DNA from: an uncultured Planctomycetota bacterium | Lineage (GTDB): Bacteria > Planctomycetota > PLA2 > JAEUHO01 | Assembly (NCBI GenBank): GCA_963752285.1 | Contig: CAVVXN010000005.1 | Location: forward strand, 2,016,001 to 2,080,000 | Direction: 5' to 3' | Length of the DNA stretch: 64,000 bases | In this document: positions 56,786 through 64,000 of the stretch, piece after piece | Layout: each line of letters starts with the position of its first letter | How positions within the stretch are numbered: the stretch's first letter is position 1 | Notes under the pieces: generated by a model | The model's database searches: none | What the model was told of the DNA's origin: nothing | The model's input: the letters and a program-made list of their open reading frames with translations, nothing else | Program-made: the position numbers and the translations under genes

Positions 56786-58773
56786 TACGGGGTGGGGAGG
56801 GCCGAGGCTTGGACGGCGCGGCCTGTGGCGCGGTCTTCCACGGCGTCTACGCGGACGGAGCCTTCGGCGGCGAGGAGGTGGACCGCGCGTACGGGGCCCG
56901 TCGCGTCGGAGGCGGTCTTGAAGGTGTGGCCCGTGCCCACGAGGCCGAGGAGCGTCACGCGGGCGGGCGTCGTGCTCGAGACCGCGGCGGCCGTCGCGCG
57001 CGCGGACTGTGCCCGGGACCTCGCCCGCTGCTGGGAGGGGATCGCGCGCTCGCACGTGTAGCCCACGAGGAGGCGGGCGAGGAGGTCGGCCGCCGCCTCC
57101 CGCGGGAGGTCGCTCGCCTCGATGCCCACGAGCGCGCCGACGTCGTCCGTCACCACGAAGCCGGCGCTCGCGCGCTGGTTCAGGAGCGAGGTCCAGCTCG
57201 TGACCGCGCGGCGCACGGTCGGCGCGTCGTAGAACCCGAGGAGGCTGTACGCGTCCGGGCCGCGCGGCTCGACCTCGCGGTCCACCGCCGCCATCACCGA
57301 GTCGCGGCTCGTCGCGCGGGCCAGGACGTCTCTCATCGTCGGCCCGGCCAGAACCCCCACCGCGCGGATCGGGGGCGCCTCGCCGCGCCGCGGGCTCCCG
57401 ACCGGGAAGCACGTCACGGCGAACCGCTCCTCGCCCCGTACGGCGTGGATCCAGACCGGGCGCGCGACCGCGCGGTCCACCCTCCCGCCGGCGAGCAGCT
57501 CGCCCACGGGGAGGAAGATCGGGTGGCGCGATCCCTTGACGATCGCCACGACGTCGTCCTCGACGCCGTCTTTCAGCTCGACGACGCCGTCGTCGATCGC
57601 GCGGCGGAGGTCGTACACCTGCGGGGCACCGCCCGCGGGCGCGGACGCGCCGCCGCCCGGCCCGGTGTCGGTCGCGAGCAGGTGCACGTCGATGCCGATG
57701 CCCGCGAGGTGGAGCGCGCCGTCGGAGAGGAGACGGTCCACCGCCTCGCGACCGCGCGGGAGCCCGACCAGGTCGGGAACGTGGCGACCCGTGTCCACCC
57801 ACGTGCGGGGCTCGGCGTAGTGGTGCGCGTCGGCGAGCGCACGACCCGTGGTCGCCCCGAACCGGTCTCCGAGCCAGTGGAGGTAGCCCTCCACGCCTCC
57901 GGCACCGTGCGCCTGGAGGCACGCGAGCGCGCCGAGCGAGATGCGCCGCGCGTCGCCGGTCCGCGGGTCGATCCAGGGGACGCCGGGCTCGCCGACGCCC
58001 CTCTCGAACGCCCGTTCCACGCGGTCGGCGAGGGCCAGTCGGACGAGCGGCTCGCGCATCGCCTCCCGCTGGTCGTCGCCGAGCGGCAGGAGCGCGCCCG
58101 CTTCCACCGGGCCGAGCGCGGCCAGCGCAGAGGGAGGGAGCGGGGCGGTGGGGTACGGGGCGGTGGGGTACGGGGCGGCGGGGTACGGGGCGGGTGGGAG
58201 TGAGGCGGCGGGGTACGGGGCGGGTGGGAGTGAGGCGGCGGGGTACGGGGCGGGTGGGAGTGAGGCGGCGGCGAGCGGGGCGGGCGGCGGCGCCTGCGGG
58301 ACCGTGGAGCCCCGCGTCGACCCGGAGGACGGCGGGCCGGCGCGCGCGATCGTTCCCGCGTCCGGGCCGGCGACCGCGCTTCCCGCGCCGGGCGTCGCGA
58401 GCAGCGACGCCAGCCCCAGCACGACGAGGACGGACGCCGCCATCGCGAGCGTGCCGTAGCGCACGCGGCGGACCTCGGCCCGGCGAAGGCGCGCGGCCTC
58501 GAGCACCGCGGACCGGATCTCGACGCGGAGGCGGTGCGGCGCGCGGACGTTCGACACGCGCTCCGCGTCCCAGCGCTTCAGCACGCGCGAGACGCCTTCG
58601 GCCTCGCGCGCGAGCCGGCGGCACGACGGGCAGAGGTCCAGGTGGCGCTCGAGCGCGTCGATCTCGGCGGCGGGCAGCTCGCGGTCCACGCGGAGCAGTG
58701 CGGCCTCCTCGAAGCGCTCGCACGGCGACGCGCCCGGATGGGACGGCGGCACGGGGAGGCCGGGCCGCGTCAC
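56785..58773 (-). CDS. Zinc-finger (zf-HC2) anti-sigma factor with TM, Pro-rich linker and a C-terminal ARPP-1/DUF6569-like domain
   Basis: HLDLCPSC (HxxxCxxC); TM LAMAASVLVVLGLASLL; C-terminal LRRAIDDGVVEL...PIFLPVGELLAGG..DR; start overlaps the sigma stop. Confidence 0.7.
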   Translation of the reverse strand: MTRPGLPVPPSHPGASPCERFEEAALLRVDRELPAAEIDALERHLDLCPSCRRLAREAEGVSRVLKRWDAERVSNVRAPHRLRVEIRSAVLEAARLRRAEVRRVRYGTLAMAASVLVVLGLASLLATPGAGSAVAGPDAGTIARAGPPSSGSTRGSTVPQAPPPAPLAAASLPPAPYPAASLPPAPYPAASLPPAPYPAAPYPTAPYPTAPLPPSALAALGPVEAGALLPLGDDQREAMREPLVRLALADRVERAFERGVGEPGVPWIDPRTGDARRISLGALACLQAHGAGGVEGYLHWLGDRFGATTGRALADAHHYAEPRTWVDTGRHVPDLVGLPRGREAVDRLLSDGALHLAGIGIDVHLLATDTGPGGGASAPAGGAPQVYDLRRAIDDGVVELKDGVEDDVVAIVKGSRHPIFLPVGELLAGGRVDRAVARPVWIHAVRGEERFAVTCFPVGSPRRGEAPPIRAVGVLAGPTMRDVLARATSRDSVMAAVDREVEPRGPDAYSLLGFYDAPTVRRAVTSWTSLLNQRASAGFVVTDDVGALVGIEASDLPREAAADLLARLLVGYTCERAIPSQQRARSRAQSARATAAAVSSTTPARVTLLGLVGTGHTFKTASDATGPVRAVHLLAAEGSVRVDAVEDRATGRAVQASALPTP
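58144..58263 (-). repeat. Coding tandem repeats (3 x 30 bp plus 2 x 15 bp) encoding a Pro-rich linker
   Basis: GGCGGCGGGGTACGGGGCGGGTGGGAGTGA x3 and GGCGGTGGGGTACGG x2, encoding (AASLPPAPYP)3 and (PYPTA)2. Confidence 0.9.
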
Positions 58774-59435
58774 GAGAGGCCTCCCCCGAGGCGCGGCGGC
58801 GGGACGTCGTCGGCGGGATTCGCCCACTCGCGACCGACCGGCGTATCGGCGAGGTGACGCGCGAGAAGCTTCCGGCCGCGGTGCAGCAGCACCTTCACCT
58901 CGTTCAGCGAGCGTTCCATCACCACCGCGATCTCGCGGTAGCGGAGCCCCTCGAACTCGCGGAGCTCGAGCGCCTTGCGCACCTCCTGCGGCAGCCGCTC
59001 GAGCGCGTCGTGGACCGCGTCCTTCGCCTCGTCGCGACGCAGGCCGGAGGCGGGGTCCACGGGGGCGGCGAGCGGCTCGAGCTCGGTCCCCTCGCAGGCG
59101 ATCGGGTCGATCTGCACCCCCTGGACCTTGCGGCGGCGCTTCTTCTTCCTCAGCGCGTCGAAGCAGAGGTTCGCGAGGACGCGGTAGAACCAGGTCGTGA
59201 AGTGCCCGCGCGGCTGGTAGTGGGTCGCGCTCCGGAAGACCTTCAGGAAGAAGTCCTGCGTCATGTCCTCCGCGGTGTGGTGGTCCCGGAAGATGCGCCA
59301 GCAGTAGCGGTACGCCGCGTCCTGGTGCCGGAGCAGGAGGACCTCGAGCGAAGGCACGTCGCCCCGCGCCAGACGGACCATCAGCTGGTCGTCCGTGAGG
59401 CCGGAGGGAGCGCGGAGCGGGAGGGGCGGTGCCAT
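58770..59435 (-). CDS. ECF (sigma-70 family) RNA polymerase sigma factor
   Basis: DDQLM, AEDMTQDFF, FTTWFYRVLANLCFD and LRYREIA..VKVLLHRGR motifs. Confidence 0.92.
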   Translation of the reverse strand: MAPPLPLRAPSGLTDDQLMVRLARGDVPSLEVLLLRHQDAAYRYCWRIFRDHHTAEDMTQDFFLKVFRSATHYQPRGHFTTWFYRVLANLCFDALRKKKRRRKVQGVQIDPIACEGTELEPLAAPVDPASGLRRDEAKDAVHDALERLPQEVRKALELREFEGLRYREIAVVMERSLNEVKVLLHRGRKLLARHLADTPVGREWANPADDVPPPRLGGGLS

Positions 59436-59701
59436 GGCCTCTCTTCGAAACGCCGCCGGGAACCGGTCGCCTCGGGCGGACCGTCCCCGGGGCTCGGACC
59501 GAGCGCCCGGACGCCCCGGCGCCGGTCCGGCGGACCCGTTCCGACCGGGGTTCGGCCTCCGCCCGGCGGCCCGGGCCGCCGGCAGGTGGAGCCTACCCCC
59601 GGACCGCCCCGACGGCCGGCGCCGGGCGGGGTCCGGGGAACCGGTCCGAGTATCCTCCCCAACTCCGGAGCCGGCCAGCGGTTCCGTCACCCGGGGGGTG
59701 C

Positions 59702-61057
59702 GTGAAGATCCTGATCGTCGACGACGAGGTCGCCATCCGGGAGAGCCTCGACCTGGTGCTCCGGTACGAGCGGCACGAGACGGTGCTCGCGGAGAACGGG
59801 GACCGCGCGCTCGAGCTCCTGCAGGACCACCCTGACATCGACCTGACCTTCCTGGACATCAAGATGCCGGGGACCGACGGCCTCGACGTGCTCTCCGAGG
59901 TCGTCCGGCGCCGCCCCGACGCGGTCGTGGTGATGATCTCGGGGCACGGCACGATCGAGACCGCGGTCGAGGCGACGAAGCGAGGCGCGTTCGACTTCAT
60001 CGAGAAGCCGCTCGACCGGGACCGCGTGCTCCTCGTGGTCCGAAACGCCTCCCGGCTCCGCCGGCTCGCGGGCGAGAACGTGGAGCTTCGCGGCCGCCTC
60101 GCCGACAGCTCGCAGCGGATGCTCGGCCAGAGCCCCGGTCTCGAGGCGCTCCGGCGCCTCGTCCAGAAGGTCGCGCCGACGCCGGCGCGCGTGTTGATCC
60201 AGGGCGAGAACGGGTCGGGCAAGGAGCTCGTCGCGCGGATGATCCACGAGATGAGCGACCGCGCGGCGGGCCCGTTCGTGGACGTGAACTGCGCCGCGAT
60301 CCCGAAGGAGCTCCTCGAGAGCGAGCTCTTCGGACACGAGAAGGGCTCGTTCACGGGCGCCACGGAGCGGCGCAAGGGCAAGTTCGAGCAGGCGCACACG
60401 GGGACGCTCTTCCTCGACGAGGTCGGCGACATGTCGACCGACGCGCAGGCCAAGGTGCTGCGCGTGATCGAGGAACAGCGCGTGCAGCGCGTAGGGGGGA
60501 CGGAGCCGATCCCCGTGGACGTGCGGCTCGTCGCGGCGACGAACAAGGACCTGGAGAAGGAGGCCGAGACGGGCGGCTTCCGCGAGGACCTCTACTACCG
60601 GCTCGCCGTCGTCCCCATGCGCGTCCCGCCCCTCCGGGAGCGACCGGACGACGTGCCGATCCTCACGAAGCACTTCCTCCGCCACTTCGCGGCCACCCTC
60701 GGCCGGCCGGGGCTCGAGCCGACCGAGCCGGCGCTCGGGTGGCTCGCCCGCCAGCCGTGGCCCGGCAACATCCGGCAGCTGAGGAACCTGATGGAGCGCG
60801 CGACGATCCTCCTCGAGGGGGAGAAGCTCGACGTACGCGACCTCGAGCGCCTGACCGGCCCGGACGCCTCCGGCGGCACCCCCATGGACGTGTTCAAGAC
60901 CTGCGCCACGTTCGAGGAGTTCAAGGAGACCGCGGAGCGGCTCTTCCTCCAGCAGCGCCTGGCCGAGAACGACTGGAACGTGAAGCGGACGGCCGAGCTG
61001 CTGGGGATGCAGCGGAGCAACCTCTACAAGAAGATCGAGAGGTACGGCCTGAAGTAG
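59702..61057 (+). CDS. Sigma-54-dependent response regulator (NtrC/NtrX family)
   Basis: REC domain; GENGSGKE Walker A; ESELFGHEKGSFTGA; LFLDE; FREDLYYRL; WPGNIRQL; Fis-type HTH. Confidence 0.95.
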   Translation: MKILIVDDEVAIRESLDLVLRYERHETVLAENGDRALELLQDHPDIDLTFLDIKMPGTDGLDVLSEVVRRRPDAVVVMISGHGTIETAVEATKRGAFDFIEKPLDRDRVLLVVRNASRLRRLAGENVELRGRLADSSQRMLGQSPGLEALRRLVQKVAPTPARVLIQGENGSGKELVARMIHEMSDRAAGPFVDVNCAAIPKELLESELFGHEKGSFTGATERRKGKFEQAHTGTLFLDEVGDMSTDAQAKVLRVIEEQRVQRVGGTEPIPVDVRLVAATNKDLEKEAETGGFREDLYYRLAVVPMRVPPLRERPDDVPILTKHFLRHFAATLGRPGLEPTEPALGWLARQPWPGNIRQLRNLMERATILLEGEKLDVRDLERLTGPDASGGTPMDVFKTCATFEEFKETAERLFLQQRLAENDWNVKRTAELLGMQRSNLYKKIERYGLK

Positions 61058-61209
61058 GGCGCGGCGCGTCCGCGATCCCCGTGAGGGGACACACGAGCGT
61101 CCACGGTCGGGGAACGCCCGCCGCCTTGGACCCGCGACGGGACGGCGGCGGCTTCCGAGGCGGGCGAGCGGTATCGTGGTCCGCCGGTACCGGCCCGGAT
61201 CGCGGGGCG

Positions 61210-61225
61210 CGGCACCGACTTTGCG
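61210..61225 (+). promoter_or_regulatory. Putative sigma-54 (-24/-12) promoter
   Basis: CGGCAC-CGACT-TTGC, giving GG(61211)-N10-GC(61223), upstream of a GGAGG RBS and the ATG at 61257. Confidence 0.6.
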
Positions 61226-61256
61226 GTCCCGAAAGGTCCTCGGAGGACCCTCCCTC

Positions 61257-61742
61257 ATGCCGGCCGGCCGCCCGCCGCTCCCTGGCTTGGCCCGGACCCT
61301 CGGTCTGGCGGCCGGGCTGCTGTTCCTGTCCGCGCTCCCGGCGCGGGCCACGGAGGACGGCGCCGACCGGGCATTCCACACCGTCGTCACGGCGTGGAAG
61401 ACCCGGTGCGCGGGCGACGTCGCCCAGGCGATGGAGGACGAGGGGTCGCTCCGGATCGGGCTCCTCTCCCCGCGCGTCACCGGCACGTACCGGAGCGCGC
61501 AGGCGAAGCGGACGCTCGGCGACTATTTCGACCGGGTCTCGGCGGTCACGCTGAAGGACGTGACCCCGCGCGGGCAGAAGGACGCGCGCGGCTACCGGGT
61601 CCGGACCTTCGAGTACCGCTACCAGCCGCAGGGCCAGGACCCGCAGACGGCGCTCCTCGCGATCACGCTGAAGGCGGACCGAGGGCAGCGCTGGCACCTC
61701 GTGGCCGTGGAGGAACGCCCGGCGCGTCGGGACGTGGGTTGA
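61257..61742 (+). CDS. Secreted DUF4783-like (NTF2-like) protein
   Basis: Signal peptide; GTYRSAQAKRTLGDYF resembles the DUF4783 Y-S-x-x-Q-A..L..FF motif. Confidence 0.55.
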   Translation: MPAGRPPLPGLARTLGLAAGLLFLSALPARATEDGADRAFHTVVTAWKTRCAGDVAQAMEDEGSLRIGLLSPRVTGTYRSAQAKRTLGDYFDRVSAVTLKDVTPRGQKDARGYRVRTFEYRYQPQGQDPQTALLAITLKADRGQRWHLVAVEERPARRDVG

Positions 61743-64000
61743 CCCCGCTCCGGCCTCGGCGGCTCGCGGTCCTCGTGCCCGCGACCCTCCTCGTGGTGGC
61801 GGCGGGCATCGAGCTGCTCGGCCTCGGCTCGAGCTCCGTCGAGGCGTGGAGGGACGACCTGCTCTCCCGCGCGGCGGACGGGATCGAGCGGGACCTCGCC
61901 CGCCAGGTCCGCCGGCTCTCGGCCGCGCTGCGGGAGGCCCCCGCCGGCCTCGACGTACCGCGCGGCCGCATGGCGGCCCTGGAGGCGGTTCGCGAGAGGA
62001 CGCACGTAGACGGCCTCGACTGGGCGGGACCCGACGGCCGCCACGCGTGGGCGGGACGCCCCGTGGACGGGCCCGACGACCCGCCGCCCCTTCCCTGGCG
62101 CGACTCCTTCCGGCACGGCGGCCTTCTCTACCACCGCGGCCCGTACCTCGCGGCCCTGACCGCGGGTCCCGTCCCCGCCGCCGGCGGAGCCCTCGAGGCG
62201 ACCGTCGTGCTCGAGGCCACCGGACCGAGCGAGCGGCAGCGGCCCTACGAAGAGCGGTGGCTCGCGCCGTACGGCCTCGAACGGGTCGAGGTCCTCCCGC
62301 CCGACCGGCCCCTGGCCGCCGAGGAGGGCACGCTCGACTTCCTCGTGCGCGGACCGCCCGACCCCAAGGCCGGGCCCGGCGGGGAGGGCGAGCCCGCGCT
62401 TCGCGTGCGCCTGGTCGCGCCGGGCGACGCGGCCATCCTGGACCGGATCGACGAGGCGCGGCGCGGGTGGACGGGCCTCGCGTGGCTCCTCCTCTCTACC
62501 GCGCTCGGCGTGCTCGCGACGGGCCTCCTCCTCCGCTACGTGCGGGCGGGCGCCGGGCGCCGCCTCGTCCTCGCGGTCCTCGTCCTCGTCCTCCGGGGCC
62601 TGCTCGTGCCGATCGACCTCCCCGGTCGTTGGCCCGCGCTCGCGGCGGCGTTCGACCCCTCGGACTTCGGCATCCCCGGCGCGCTCGGCTGGCTCGCCTC
62701 GCCCGCGGACCTCGCGCTCTCCGGCGCGGCCCTGCTCGCCGCGTTCGCGCTCGCCGCGGCGGCCCTCGTCCACGTCCGGCCGCCCCGGCGTCCGGCGCTC
62801 CGCGCGAGCTTCGCCATCGGGGGCCCGCTCCTCTGCGGTGGTCTCACGGCGCTCCACCTCGACCTCGTGCGCGTGGTCGTGGTGCAGAGCCAGGCCCCGT
62901 TCTTCGAGACCACGTCCTTCCTCCCGTCGCTCCCCTCGGCGCTCCTCCTGCTCGGGCTCGTGGCCTGGACCGCGACCGCGTGGGTGATCGCGGCGACGAC
63001 ACTCTGGCTCGCGACGCTCGCCCTGCCGCGCCTCGCCCACCCGCTCCGGATCCTCCTCCCCGCCCTCCTGGCCGTCGGTGTCGCGTTCCTCCTCGCGGAC
63101 GGCCCCCTTCCGGCGTGGGCGCCGTGCCTCCTTCCCCTCTCGACGCTCTTCGCGCGCCTGCGCCCCGGCGACGAGGCGGTCACGACGGTGCCGAGCGCGA
63201 GTCTGCTCGTGGGCGTGCTCGCCACGTTCCTGCTCTTCCCGCTGCTCTGGTCGGAGGTGTGCGCGCGGCGCGTCTTCACGCTCGCAACGACCCTCGACGA
63301 CCTGCTCCGGAAGGAGGCGTCGCTTCGCGGCGCGACGCTCTACGAGCTCGAGTCGGCGCGAGGCGACGCGACGCTGAAGAACGTGCTCCGGGCGGCGCGG
63401 GACGGCCCGACGCCGGAAGCCCTCGGCCTCTACCTCTGGCGGCGTTCGTTCCTCGCGGAGCCCGGCGAGCACGGCGTGGTGAGCGTGCTCTACCCCGACG
63501 GCCGCCTCCTCGACGACTTCTCGCTCACGCCGCTGCCGCGCGGACGGGTCCCCCTCCCGGCGCCGCCGGCCGAAGGGGCCGGGGACGTGCAGGTGGTGAC
63601 GGCGCGCGGCGACGGCAACGACCTGCGGGCGGTCGTGGGCCGCGCGCTCGTCCGCGACGAGGACGGCACGCCGCTCGGCGTGGTGGTCCTCACGGTGCCC
63701 GAGCCGATCGACCTGGCCTTCCTCGGTCCCGAGGTGCTCGGCGGCGCGACCGGCGACGCGCCGACGCAGGCCGGCGTGCGCGCGTTCGACCTGGCGTTCG
63801 CGATGCTCGTGGACGGTCGCGTCGTCCGTGCGAGCGACCCGACGGTGGCGCAGCGCGCGGACACGTTCGGCCCGCCGCTCCTCCGCGAGGTGGGACCCGC
63901 GCGGTCCACCCTCACGTGGCAGAACGGCGACGAGGAGGGACACGCGGTGTGGTCGCCCGAGCGGGGGGCGGTCGTGGCGGTCCGCCGTGACGCGCCGAGC
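61739..64000 (+). CDS. Large multi-pass membrane protein, probably an NtrY-like sensor kinase (3'-partial)
   Basis: TTG start overlaps the upstream stop; reading frame with many TM segments appears to run off the window end. Kinase identity is inferred from context only. Confidence 0.55.
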   Translation, partial: MTPLRPRRLAVLVPATLLVVAAGIELLGLGSSSVEAWRDDLLSRAADGIERDLARQVRRLSAALREAPAGLDVPRGRMAALEAVRERTHVDGLDWAGPDGRHAWAGRPVDGPDDPPPLPWRDSFRHGGLLYHRGPYLAALTAGPVPAAGGALEATVVLEATGPSERQRPYEERWLAPYGLERVEVLPPDRPLAAEEGTLDFLVRGPPDPKAGPGGEGEPALRVRLVAPGDAAILDRIDEARRGWTGLAWLLLSTALGVLATGLLLRYVRAGAGRRLVLAVLVLVLRGLLVPIDLPGRWPALAAAFDPSDFGIPGALGWLASPADLALSGAALLAAFALAAAALVHVRPPRRPALRASFAIGGPLLCGGLTALHLDLVRVVVVQSQAPFFETTSFLPSLPSALLLLGLVAWTATAWVIAATTLWLATLALPRLAHPLRILLPALLAVGVAFLLADGPLPAWAPCLLPLSTLFARLRPGDEAVTTVPSASLLVGVLATFLLFPLLWSEVCARRVFTLATTLDDLLRKEASLRGATLYELESARGDATLKNVLRAARDGPTPEALGLYLWRRSFLAEPGEHGVVSVLYPDGRLLDDFSLTPLPRGRVPLPAPPAEGAGDVQVVTARGDGNDLRAVVGRALVRDEDGTPLGVVVLTVPEPIDLAFLGPEVLGGATGDAPTQAGVRAFDLAFAMLVDGRVVRASDPTVAQRADTFGPPLLREVGPARSTLTWQNGDEEGHAVWSPERGAVVAVRRDAPS

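Noticed and set aside
1..64000. tRNA, rRNA, integrase or transposase
   Set aside because: None was recognisable by eye. A tRNAscan/Infernal/ISEScan run would be needed to exclude small or divergent ones.

Overview
Very GC-rich bacterial chromosomal window with about 45 genes. I found no rRNA, tRNA, CRISPR array or transposase. An ECF-sigma remnant, a carboxypeptidase-regulatory-repeat protein and an insertion-bearing ValRS suggest Planctomycetota (inference only). Housekeeping-type genes include glgC, glgA, ndh, valS, hppA, rmlA-like plus NRS/ER-like, HtrA, ArnT plus PAP2, an NtrC-type regulator and transporters. Two loci stand out. (1) A split cluster (1.8-9.1 kb and 16.6-24.1 kb) holds four ATP-grasp amide ligases, a glutamate-cysteine-ligase-like enzyme fused to a CBS pair, two alpha/beta-hydrolases, an S51 (cyanophycinase-like) hydrolase and an S9 peptidase, linked to glgC-glgA. 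It is a candidate pathway for an uncharacterised non-ribosomal peptide or peptide-decorated glucan. (2) A tight operon (24.2-32.5 kb) encodes a large surface repeat protein, a TPR class III nucleotidyl cyclase and a membrane-anchored HEPN (RxxxxH) protein, followed by a PIN-toxin remnant. It is a candidate signalling or defence system. Also present: a 6-copy ~54-bp palindromic intergenic array, a duplicated 45-bp double-palindrome element, operator-like inverted repeats, a sigma-54 promoter, and several frameshifted or decayed genes. All calls come from reading the sequence and motifs by eye; no database searches were run.
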